UHGV virus genome: UHGV-0195094
DNA: 17,065 nt
Reading direction: 5' to 3' (one strand)
Source: a virus
A program made the position numbers and the translations under genes. Under the pieces are notes generated by a model. The model was not told the DNA's origin, did no database searches, and saw nothing but the letters and a program-made list of their open reading frames with translations. How positions within the stretch are numbered: the stretch's first letter is position 1; each line of letters opens with the position of its first letter. This document shows, piece by piece, positions 5,606-13,894 of this stretch.

Positions 5606-6640
5606 TTAATAACTTAGTGCATTTAATATAGCTTCCTTGCATCTCATATCCTTAAATCTAAAACATCCTCGTTCAAAGAGATAACGCAAGTTACTCAAAA
5701 AGAAATCATTTCTTTTTAGCATAACATAATTTATGGAATGGTCATCTGTAGTGACCGTTATTTTCATAGGAAAAGTGCTGTCTGGTTTGTCATCACAATA
5801 GATAAAACCACTTTCCGCAAATTCCTTTACACCAAAATCATTTCCTTTATATTTTAACGTGCAGATATAACGGCTTTTTCCAGTAGGTTTTTCGATGAAA
5901 CTGTAGTTATCATTCAAATACACATTCTCACTACTATATGCAACATAATTATTTTCCTTAAAAGCACGATTGAAGCCACTCTCTTTCTGACTATCAGAAG
6001 CACTTTCAATGAACCCCTGTTCTAACACATACCCATCACCACGCAAAAACTTTGTTTCACCGTTCAGCCTATTACATATACCCATAGCTACATAATAAGG
6101 ATTGATAATACTTACTTGGTTTGCTAACATAAAAACAGGAACATACCTTACCTGTTCGCCTTGACCTCTGGCAATACTTGTGTGTACGCTCAAAAACTTT
6201 GTAATCTCGTCCGTACAGTAGTGATTGCTTTCACTCTGGAATTCGTCAAAGATCATCCTAGTAATATCAGAAAATAAATGTGAATATTTTTTAATACTAT
6301 CAGAACTGTTTAGTGCAATAGCATATCCGCAACTTTTGTCATTAATAAACAACTCTTGGAAAATCCCTTTTGCTCTCTTTTTAGCTGTCATGGTTTTATC
6401 AGGAAAAAACAGTCCTTTTAAATCCTTAAAGAATTTATCTGCGACATCGTCCAGTTCATAATTATATCTATAAATAAGCCCAAACTTTTCCCCTTTATCA
6501 AGAAACCTGTTTACGCAAAGTCTGCCAAAATAGGTTGTCTTACCGCCAGTGCGATTTGTAGTACACATATAGATTTCTGGTTTTTTGCCGTTCAAGTCCA
6601 ACATGGACAAAAGTTTTGTTCCATCGTAATAATTTCCCAT
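5606..6640 (-). CDS. DNA packaging (encapsidation) ATPase, phi29 gp16-like (344 aa)
   Basis: Walker A-like NRTGGKTT, Walker B MIFDEFQ, LANQVSIINPY motif. SD AAGGAG on the minus strand. Confidence 0.93.
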   Translation of the reverse strand: MGNYYDGTKLLSMLDLNGKKPEIYMCTTNRTGGKTTYFGRLCVNRFLDKGEKFGLIYRYNYELDDVADKFFKDLKGLFFPDKTMTAKKRAKGIFQELFINDKSCGYAIALNSSDSIKKYSHLFSDITRMIFDEFQSESNHYCTDEITKFLSVHTSIARGQGEQVRYVPVFMLANQVSIINPYYVAMGICNRLNGETKFLRGDGYVLEQGFIESASDSQKESGFNRAFKENNYVAYSSENVYLNDNYSFIEKPTGKSRYICTLKYKGNDFGVKEFAESGFIYCDDKPDSTFPMKITVTTDDHSINYVMLKRNDFFLSNLRYLFERGCFRFKDMRCKEAILNALSY

Positions 6641-6665
6641 ATATTAGTTCTCCTTATTAATATTT

Positions 6666-6694
6666 ATTATACCACAACTATTTACTTTTGTAAA
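6666..6694 (-). promoter_or_regulatory. SigA-type promoter for the ATPase unit
   Basis: Minus strand TTTACA (6694-6689), 17 nt, TATAAT (6671-6666), with extended -10 TG. Confidence 0.78.
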
Positions 6695-6709
6695 GTTTTA
6701 TGATATAAT
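6681..6709 (+). promoter_or_regulatory. SigA-type promoter for the lysis/structural operon
   Basis: TTTACT (6681-6686), 17 nt, TATAAT (6704-6709), with extended -10 TG. Confidence 0.75.
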
Positions 6710-6742
6710 TATTTGTGAAGTAAAGAAAGAAAGGAGAAAGGG

Positions 6743-7081
6743 ATGGAGCAGTTTTACCCTATTTTTTGTGCCTTGGCGTTTAATCTTTTAGACTTACTGA
6801 CAGGGATTGTTTCAGCGATTAAGGATAAAGAGATTAAATCGTCAAGGCTCAGAGATGGATTATTTAAAAAAGTTGGGTTTATTCTGTGCTACGGTATTGC
6901 ATGGGGCATTGATACCTACGGATACCTCGTCGGGTTTGACCTAACCGTAGCAATACTGCCAGTAGTTGTCCTATATTCATGTACTACTGAACTGGTATCT
7001 ATTCTGGAAAATATTTCAAAAATTAATCCAGATTTGTTACCTGACAAACTAATGGAAATGTTCCACGTTAGCAAGGAGTGA
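6743..7081 (+). CDS. Holin (Cp-1/phi29-type phage holin family, 112 aa)
   Basis: Hydrophobic segments with DLLTG...SSRLRDGLFKK...ELVSILEN, the signature of this holin family. SD AAGGAG. Confidence 0.9.
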   Translation: MEQFYPIFCALAFNLLDLLTGIVSAIKDKEIKSSRLRDGLFKKVGFILCYGIAWGIDTYGYLVGFDLTVAILPVVVLYSCTTELVSILENISKINPDLLPDKLMEMFHVSKE

Positions 7082-7085
7082 TGAT

Positions 7086-7343
7086 ATGCACAAATTCAGT
7101 ACAGTGAAAAGTGGATCAAAGGGTACAGATGTGATTGTATTACAGACAGTCCTTTCCTTATTACATTATACAGGAAAAGACGGAAAACCACTGACAATTG
7201 ACGGTGTGTGTGGAACGAACACGGTGTTCGCCATAAACAATTTTCAAACAACGACTAGGGCATATGGATATGAGTGTGGCACAAACGGTGCAAACGATGG
7301 ATGCTTTGGTGAAAGATGCTGGAAAGTGTTGGGGGTGATGTAA
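7086..7343 (+). CDS. Stand-alone peptidoglycan-binding domain protein (85 aa)
   Basis: GSKGTDVIVLQ..L....IDGVCGTNT..AI..FQ....DGCFG..CW is the PG_binding_1 pattern. No catalytic domain. Confidence 0.85.
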   Translation: MHKFSTVKSGSKGTDVIVLQTVLSLLHYTGKDGKPLTIDGVCGTNTVFAINNFQTTTRAYGYECGTNGANDGCFGERCWKVLGVM

Positions 7344-7344
7344 A

Positions 7345-8406
7345 TTGCCTGACATTAATAAAGCGTATTCATGGGCTGTCAATACATGTAATGCACCGAA
7401 CGTTGGATATTCTCAAGTGTATAGAAATCAACAAACCGTAAATGGTATAACCTATTACGATTGTAGCAGTTTTATCAATTATGCGTTACTAGCCGGTGGT
7501 TGGGAAACGCCAGAATATGCACCAAACCACAACCCGTTTACCACAAGTGTAGAAATCAATGTGCTGTTATCACTAGGTTTTACCGATGTTTCTAGCGATC
7601 CTGAGTATCTTCCGGGGGACATTGGATGGACTTCTGGTCATACTGAAATGTGCTATAAGGGTGGAACAGGAAAAGGCGTTTTCATGGGAGCTCATACAAG
7701 TAAAGTACCTCTCGCAAATCAGGTGTCAATCAGTGACCATGAACGTTCTTTTCCAAGAAAATTCAGATACGGCTCAGGTGGTGCTTCTGGTTACGGGTGT
7801 TCCGTTTATGTAATCGCAGCTATAGCGGGAAATCTCAGGCAAGAATCAAACGTAAATCCCGGCATATGGGAGGGATTACGAGAGGGAACATGGACAGAAT
7901 TAAAGCACGGTTTTGGTTTAGGGCAGTGGACAAACACTGGTGGAGATACACACGGAAGACTTTATAAGTTACATGAGTGGTTGTCGACGCATGGATATGC
8001 GGATGATAGTGGTGAGGGGCAATGTCAGTATATCATAGAAGAAAATGTTTGGTACTCTACAGGCGAAGCAAGTGCCTACTCTTCACTTTCTGACTTCCTA
8101 GCATCAGACAGCACTGACATTACACATTTAACTCACGCTTGGAACATAGGTTGGGAGGGTATTCACGATAGTTCATGGGATACTCGTGTGACATACGCAA
8201 AAGAAGCATATCAGTATATTGTAGACCATGGTAACGATTCAAGTATTACACAATGGATTACAGGTAACAGGTACTTGAATGTGGAAGAAATGCTAAACAA
8301 TTCTGTAATGCTTTTTAGGTTTTTTAGTGCCGGAGGTGGTGGCGGTGGTACACCGTCAGAGAAAAAAGAAAAAATGCCTCTATGGATGATGGTACGATAT
8401 AGGTAA
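7345..8406 (+). CDS. Cell-wall hydrolase: NlpC/P60 peptidase + phage tail lysozyme-like domain (353 aa, TTG start)
   Basis: GYSQ..R....YDCSSFI...PGDI...GHTEM (NlpC/P60 Cys-His). IAGNLRQESNVNP...GFGLGQWT (phage tail lysozyme). Gly linker and short hydrophobic/basic C-terminus. Confidence 0.85.
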   Translation: MPDINKAYSWAVNTCNAPNVGYSQVYRNQQTVNGITYYDCSSFINYALLAGGWETPEYAPNHNPFTTSVEINVLLSLGFTDVSSDPEYLPGDIGWTSGHTEMCYKGGTGKGVFMGAHTSKVPLANQVSISDHERSFPRKFRYGSGGASGYGCSVYVIAAIAGNLRQESNVNPGIWEGLREGTWTELKHGFGLGQWTNTGGDTHGRLYKLHEWLSTHGYADDSGEGQCQYIIEENVWYSTGEASAYSSLSDFLASDSTDITHLTHAWNIGWEGIHDSSWDTRVTYAKEAYQYIVDHGNDSSITQWITGNRYLNVEEMLNNSVMLFRFFSAGGGGGGTPSEKKEKMPLWMMVRYR

Positions 8407-8421
8407 GAAAGGAGAATAGTA

Positions 8422-8568
8422 ATGTTTGAAAAAGGGTTATACAAACATGAAGAGGGATTCACCGTACTTGTAACAGACGACGGTAAGATTATGTTATCAC
8501 CAGACCACCCTCTTTCCATGAGATTAAGTGAACTTTTTAATACAGAAAAATGGACAAGAGTAGAGTGA
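8422..8568 (+). CDS. Small hypothetical protein (48 aa; not in the ORF track)
   Basis: SD AAGGAG. Translation MFEKGLYKHEEGFTVLVTDDGKIMLSPDHPLSMRLSELFNTEKWTRVE. Fills the gap between the lysin and scaffold genes. Confidence 0.8.
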   Translation: MFEKGLYKHEEGFTVLVTDDGKIMLSPDHPLSMRLSELFNTEKWTRVE

Positions 8569-8580
8569 AAGGAGTAACGT

Positions 8581-8886
8581 ATGGCTGTTAGAACAAGGGA
8601 AGAAATCTTGGAAAGCCTTAGAGGTAGGTTCGGTGATGATCCGACAGACGATGATATCGCTATGTTAGAAGATATCACAGACACTTTTACAGACTTTGAA
8701 GAAAAAACAAGTGATGCTACAAACTGGAAAAATAAATATGAAGAGAACGACAAAGCATGGAAGAAAAAATATTCAGACCGTTTTTTCAGTAAAGACGGTG
8801 ATGGAAATGGCAACCCCGGTGATTCTGGTGAACCAGAGGATAAGCCGATGAAAACATTTGATGATTTATTTACAGTAAAGGAGTGA
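8581..8886 (+). CDS. Putative head scaffolding protein (101 aa)
   Basis: Small acidic protein with coiled-coil character immediately upstream of the MCP, as for phi29 gp7. C-terminal TFDDLF. Confidence 0.7.
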   Translation: MAVRTREEILESLRGRFGDDPTDDDIAMLEDITDTFTDFEEKTSDATNWKNKYEENDKAWKKKYSDRFFSKDGDGNGNPGDSGEPEDKPMKTFDDLFTVKE

Positions 8887-8892
8887 CAATAA

Positions 8893-10305
8893 ATGCCAAG
8901 AAGAATTGCAAACAGTACACTGAATGCGTCAACGATTGACATTATGAATGTGATCCGACAGAACGCAAGCTATGACTATCAGCAAAATGTACCTGTGGTG
9001 CAGAACGTGACAGACATTCCCCGTGTCGGTGAAGTAATCTATGGTACACCGGCATTTGCAAATCAGTTTTTAAACGCACTGGTAAACCGCATCGCAATCG
9101 TGCGTATGCAGAGTGCAACATTTAACAACCCGTATTCCATGTTAAAAAAAGGTTATCTGGAATTCGGTGAAACAGTGGAAGACATTTTTGTTTCCATTGC
9201 AAAAGCAGTGGACTTTTCCACTGAGAAAGCAAGTGGAAGAGAATTTAAAAGAACCATGCCGGATGTACGGTCAGCATTTCATGTGATGAACTGGCGTGTG
9301 ATGTATCCAGTAACCATTCAAGATATGGACTTACACCAGGCATTTCTTAGCATGGATGGTGTGCAGAACCTGATTGCAAAAATCGTTGATGCTGTTTACA
9401 CTGGTGCTGAGTACGACGAGTTTCTGCTCTTTAAATATTTGCTGATTAAAGCTATCTCACATGGTAAAGTAAAAACCCAGTCCATCGTTGCGGATGCTGA
9501 TTTGAAAACAAGTGCAGTTGCTTTCCGTGGAACTAGCAATCTGTTACCGTTTGTGAGTTCTGATTACAACAGTGCAGGTGTGAAAACAAATACACCGAAA
9601 GACAGACAGGTTATTTTTATGGATGCTAACTTTAATGCATCGTTTGATGTGAATGTACTTGCAAGTGCGTTTAACATGGACAAAGCCGACTTCCTTGGAA
9701 GACTGTTTATCATCGACAAGTGGGACACTTTTGACAACGAACGGTTTGACATTATTCGGGATAACTCTGATGGACTGGAAGAAGTAACGACAGACGAACT
9801 GGCGTTGATGAAAAACGTAAAAGCAGTGATTCTTGACGAAAACTGGTTTCAGGTATATGATAACATGAATAAGTTCACAGAGAAATACGTTTCTTCTGGT
9901 CTGTACTGGAACTATTTCTACCATACATGGAAAACTATCAGTAGTTCTCCTTTTGCTAACGCTGTTGCATTTGTGGACAGTACAGCCGATGTGGCATTAC
10001 CAGAAACACTTACGTTACACTGGGATGCAAAAGACGAAACAGAAAAAGCAATCGCTCTGACAATGCACGCAGACGCTGAGGGTGTTACACTTGCCCCGAA
10101 TGAAGTAAACTTTGTTCAGACAGATGCACTTACTACAGTTGGCATTGCAGTGCAGAAATATGGCGGTATGTTAATTCCAGACAGTCAGTTTGGTACAGCA
10201 ATGACGGTTGTAGCAAACATTGGTGAACAGTTGTATGAAGCAACTAAAACCGTTACACCTACAGATGTACAGGTGAATGGTACTTTAACACTGAATAAGA
10301 AATAA
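8893..10305 (+). CDS. Major capsid protein (phi29 gp8-like, 470 aa)
   Basis: ANQFLNALVNRI...FNNPYSMLKKG.LEFGETVEDIFV...GLYWNYFYH are motifs typical of phi29-like MCPs. The beta-rich C-terminal extension is probably an Ig-like domain. Confidence 0.95.
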   Translation: MPRRIANSTLNASTIDIMNVIRQNASYDYQQNVPVVQNVTDIPRVGEVIYGTPAFANQFLNALVNRIAIVRMQSATFNNPYSMLKKGYLEFGETVEDIFVSIAKAVDFSTEKASGREFKRTMPDVRSAFHVMNWRVMYPVTIQDMDLHQAFLSMDGVQNLIAKIVDAVYTGAEYDEFLLFKYLLIKAISHGKVKTQSIVADADLKTSAVAFRGTSNLLPFVSSDYNSAGVKTNTPKDRQVIFMDANFNASFDVNVLASAFNMDKADFLGRLFIIDKWDTFDNERFDIIRDNSDGLEEVTTDELALMKNVKAVILDENWFQVYDNMNKFTEKYVSSGLYWNYFYHTWKTISSSPFANAVAFVDSTADVALPETLTLHWDAKDETEKAIALTMHADAEGVTLAPNEVNFVQTDALTTVGIAVQKYGGMLIPDSQFGTAMTVVANIGEQLYEATKTVTPTDVQVNGTLTLNKK

Positions 10306-10312
10306 GATACAA

Positions 10313-10336
10313 GGGACAGGGGTAACAACCTGTCCC
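10313..10336 (+). other. Hairpin after the MCP (mRNA stabiliser or weak terminator)
   Basis: GGGACAGG-GGTAACAA-CCTGTCCC, an 8-bp perfect stem with no U tract. Confidence 0.6.
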
Positions 10337-10350
10337 GGAAATGAGGTAAT

Positions 10351-10641
10351 ATGGCAGAACAGTTTTTATCAGATACAGTGGATAGTTCAGGGTATGCACA
10401 CCCTACAGTCGGAGAGAATATTAGAAAAGGGGCAAAAGACCCTATCACTATTATTGACGCATTTACAAATGATACAGACAAGGCAAAAATGACCAACGCA
10501 TTAGATGTAACTTCAGAAGATTTAAAACACGCCATTGTTTCTATGCTTAGTGGAGAAAGATTTCACTTTGGAAGTCTGGATGCTGACCCGTTGACAAGTG
10601 AACAGGTAACTAAAATCAAAACATTTCTTGGAATTGTGTAG
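10351..10641 (+). CDS. Hypothetical virion protein (96 aa), possibly head fibre/decoration
   Basis: SD GAGGT. Sits between MCP and tail, where phi29 encodes gp8.5. The ORF is solid but the function is a positional guess. Confidence 0.6.
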   Translation: MAEQFLSDTVDSSGYAHPTVGENIRKGAKDPITIIDAFTNDTDKAKMTNALDVTSEDLKHAIVSMLSGERFHFGSLDADPLTSEQVTKIKTFLGIV

Positions 10642-10649
10642 GTGATTAA

Positions 10650-12179
10650 ATGTATATCCAACCGCAAACAAATATAAGGATTTTACAAAACGTTCCTTTA
10701 GATACAACTTACGAACACACTATTTATTTCAGTAGTGCAAGTGCACAACAGTCTTATTTTGCTGGTAAACAGAAGTATAACTTGGGTAATTATACATACC
10801 AAAGAGTGAATAAGGGCGTTGCTAGAGTTGGCATTAAAGCTGACAGCTTATATGACTGTAATTACATGATGTTTCAGAACAGTGCTTATGGCTCAAAATG
10901 GTTTTATGCTTTTATCACTAGCGTTGAGTTTGTAAATAATGAGTGTTCAGAAATTACATTTGAACTGGATGTTATGCAGACTTGGTTTTTCAATTATGAT
11001 ATGGAGTACTCTCTTGTGGAGAGGGAACATGTGGACGACGATGTGGCAGGATTTCATATCGAACCTGAGAATGTGGAACTGGGGGAGTATGTATTTAATG
11101 ATTATAAAAACTTATCAGCTGTACTAAACCCGTTAGCTGTTTACATTCTGGTGAATGACACGGATGAAGCATCTTCTGGAAGCGTATATGATGGTGTATA
11201 TGGCGGGTGTACTTTGTATGCATACAATCTTAGTGATACAAGCGGTATAAACAGTCTGATTAATACTTACAATCAAAAACCAGAGGCTATTGTCGCTATG
11301 TATATGGCACCTGTAATTGGAGTTGGCAAAACTATTCCCGATGGTGGTATGACTGTTAAATACTCAGCAAATGCTTATACTGTTAGCGGTGAGGCAGAAG
11401 CTGTAAATGTAGGTTCATGGGAGATTGACGGATATAAGCCAAAGAACAGAAAATTGTTTACTTACCCATACAATTTCTTTTCCATTGGAAACAACGATGG
11501 CAGTAGCTTGGCACTTAGATATGAATTTTTTGACAAAAGAAAGCCACAATGGAATATTCGTGTACCTATTACAATGCCTATCCAATGCACTTTAAGACCA
11601 ACAAACTATAAAGGTAGTACTGGTGTTTTTTCTAACGAATCGCTGACTCTTTCAAATTACCCTATGTGTTCTTGGAGTACGGATGCTTTTAGAGCGTGGC
11701 TGGCGCAAAACGCTATACCTATTATAGCTAATGCTGGTGTAAAAGCTGGGACAGGTGCAGTGATGGGCGGGTTGCCTATGGCTGGTGCTTCACTATTAAG
11801 TAGTGCCACAAACGCGCTCGTAAGTGGCTATCAAGCATCTATTCAAGCGGATATTACAAAAGGTAATCAGAATCATGGTAATAATAACGTGGCTTCCGGG
11901 TTGCAGTCATTTTATGGAGGCAGATGCAGTATCACAAAATACTATGCTAGGATGATTGACGAATACTTTACCATGTTTGGATATGCTATTCATAGGGTAA
12001 AAATACCGAACAGAAATGGCAGACCACACTGGAATTATGTAAAGACAATAGGGTGTAATATTGTTGGTAGTGTTCCGGCAGATGATATGAGGAAAATTTG
12101 TGGTATCTATGACGCAGGTGTTACGTTCTGGAAAAACGGTGATGAAATTGGTAACTATTCACTGGATAATACGATATAA
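10650..12179 (+). CDS. Tail knob / major tail protein (phi29 gp9-like, 509 aa)
   Basis: NVPLD..YEHTIYF, CNYMMFQN...KWFYAFIT.VEFVN....I.FELDVMQTW, EREH, YFTMFGY, WNYVKT and GVTFW motifs of gp9-like proteins. Confidence 0.92.
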   Translation: MYIQPQTNIRILQNVPLDTTYEHTIYFSSASAQQSYFAGKQKYNLGNYTYQRVNKGVARVGIKADSLYDCNYMMFQNSAYGSKWFYAFITSVEFVNNECSEITFELDVMQTWFFNYDMEYSLVEREHVDDDVAGFHIEPENVELGEYVFNDYKNLSAVLNPLAVYILVNDTDEASSGSVYDGVYGGCTLYAYNLSDTSGINSLINTYNQKPEAIVAMYMAPVIGVGKTIPDGGMTVKYSANAYTVSGEAEAVNVGSWEIDGYKPKNRKLFTYPYNFFSIGNNDGSSLALRYEFFDKRKPQWNIRVPITMPIQCTLRPTNYKGSTGVFSNESLTLSNYPMCSWSTDAFRAWLAQNAIPIIANAGVKAGTGAVMGGLPMAGASLLSSATNALVSGYQASIQADITKGNQNHGNNNVASGLQSFYGGRCSITKYYARMIDEYFTMFGYAIHRVKIPNRNGRPHWNYVKTIGCNIVGSVPADDMRKICGIYDAGVTFWKNGDEIGNYSLDNTI

Positions 12180-12191
12180 GGTGGTGAGAAA

Positions 12192-13067
12192 GTGAGAAAA
12201 AGAATAGGTAATGGTCAATTTGAGGAAAGTGCTTTACTGAACAATATAACATATATGCAATATTTCAACAGGCTTACAGAGTTAGCCATATCTATGTTTG
12301 AGTGGCAGAATTTGCCACCTACCGTTGACCCTAGGTATCTTGAATTGCATCTATTTCAAAACGGGTGCATGGTGTATTTCAATGATGATGTGATTGGCAA
12401 TCTTTGTTTAGATTGTCTGCCAAACGGAAACTTTGATGTATACGGAAATCCTGTAAATAGAAGAGCGTACTCAAGTTATAACAACTATCAGAGAGATTTA
12501 AAAGAAGACGATAGTGTTATCATATGGAATAACTATCTGAGAACGAATTCTATTGTAGATATTAAAATGTACGCAAAACGCTTGTATTTACTGGACAGAA
12601 TTATCGATGTAAATGCCAATGCTCAGAAAACACCTGTACTGGTACAAGGTACAGAAAAACAACGACTTACATTATTAAACCTATATAAAGCATATGATGG
12701 AAACACGCCTTTCATTTTTGGGGATAAGAACCTCGATTTAAACGCTTTGAAGTGCTTGAATACAGGAGCACCTTATGTGGCAGATAAAATTTATCAATTA
12801 AAAACGCAGATATGGAACGAAGCGTTGACTTACTTAGGTATTAGCAATATTAACATTCAGAAGAAAGAAAGGTTAATTACAGACGAGGTTACAAGAAATC
12901 AGGGTGGTACAATTGCTAGTAGGTATAGTAGATTACAGGCTAGGCGTGAAGCAGTTGATAAGATTAATGCCATGTTTGGTACTAATATAAGGGTAGATTA
13001 CAGAGAAGATTTTCAAGAGATTAGTGATAACGATGGTAAAAATACTATAGAGGGGGGTGATTTTTAA
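12192..13067 (+). CDS. Upper collar / portal connector (phi29 gp10-like, 291 aa, GTG start)
   Basis: MFEWQNLP.TVD.RYLE..L, NANAQKTP, WNEALTYLGI.N....KKERLITDEV. Confidence 0.95.
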   Translation: MRKRIGNGQFEESALLNNITYMQYFNRLTELAISMFEWQNLPPTVDPRYLELHLFQNGCMVYFNDDVIGNLCLDCLPNGNFDVYGNPVNRRAYSSYNNYQRDLKEDDSVIIWNNYLRTNSIVDIKMYAKRLYLLDRIIDVNANAQKTPVLVQGTEKQRLTLLNLYKAYDGNTPFIFGDKNLDLNALKCLNTGAPYVADKIYQLKTQIWNEALTYLGISNINIQKKERLITDEVTRNQGGTIASRYSRLQARREAVDKINAMFGTNIRVDYREDFQEISDNDGKNTIEGGDF

Positions 13068-13883
13068 TTGGCAGTTTATACTACTTTATTAAGAAACATA
13101 GTAGAAGAAAAAGCTGGTTTAGCCTCTTCTAAAGGTTACGCATCTGTAAACGAACTTATTACAAAAGCTGTTCCGCTCATTTTTAATTTTGACTTTCCGA
13201 TATTTGATGAAAGATACAGAAATGTTCTTTGTAGCAAAATATTAAAACATTATTATATGAGAGAAATTGGAACTGAGACTTACGGACTATGGCATTTATA
13301 TTTAGATACGACACTTAATGAAATAATGCCGTATTATAACAAGTTATATGAAACAGAACTATTAAAGTTTAATCCGTTATATGATATTGACCTTAAACGT
13401 ACTCACAACAACAAAAACGATAGAACAGAACAGAGAACAACCGGAACAAATAAAACAATTACGGAACATAACAATAGCAGTACTAATACAAGTAATAGTG
13501 GAACAGGTAGCGGTTCATCTAATAATAACAACAAAACAGTAAATAAATATAGTGACACTCCGCAAGGTGGTTTACAAAATATTGAAAACGAAACTTACCT
13601 AACCAACGCTACAATTAATAACGTGAATAACAATTCAACAGACAGTAGCAATTATTCAAACAGTGAATCAACTGAAAATACAAACGACAAAGCCATAAGC
13701 GACAACGGAAACATAAATGAAAATGGAACTATAAACACAACAGAGGATTATCTTGAAATAATCCAAGGTAAAAACGGTGGTAAAAGTTATTCTGAACTAA
13801 TAACAGAATATAGAAACACGTTCTTAAACATAGATGCGATGATAATTGACGAATTACGCGACTTATTTATGTTAATATATTAA
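13068..13883 (+). CDS. Lower collar protein (phi29 gp11-like, 271 aa, TTG start)
   Basis: FDFPIFDE...HYYMREIG.ET...EIMPYYNKLY, an N/S/T-rich middle with SDTPQ, and C-terminal LRDLFM. Directly follows the portal gene. Confidence 0.92.
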   Translation: MAVYTTLLRNIVEEKAGLASSKGYASVNELITKAVPLIFNFDFPIFDERYRNVLCSKILKHYYMREIGTETYGLWHLYLDTTLNEIMPYYNKLYETELLKFNPLYDIDLKRTHNNKNDRTEQRTTGTNKTITEHNNSSTNTSNSGTGSGSSNNNNKTVNKYSDTPQGGLQNIENETYLTNATINNVNNNSTDSSNYSNSESTENTNDKAISDNGNINENGTINTTEDYLEIIQGKNGGKSYSELITEYRNTFLNIDAMIIDELRDLFMLIY

Positions 13884-13894
13884 GGAGATTTTAT

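Noticed and set aside
7335..7350. Programmed frameshift fusing the PG-binding ORF to the hydrolase
   Set aside because: No slippery sequence is evident and the TTG start has its own GGGGGTG SD, so independent initiation is simpler.
8211..8942. 243-aa minus-strand ORF
   Set aside because: Antisense to four well-supported plus-strand genes. The Ser/Phe/Leu-rich sequence is typical of a shadow frame and I saw no supporting promoter.
10290..10350. MCP read-through or frameshift extension stimulated by the downstream hairpin
   Set aside because: The stop is TAA with no canonical slippery heptamer, and the next ORF has its own SD.
13400..13745. Asn/Thr/Ser-rich low-complexity tract as a novel repeat element
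   Set aside because: Such a tract is an ordinary feature of lower-collar proteins in this phage group and shows no clear DNA-level periodicity.
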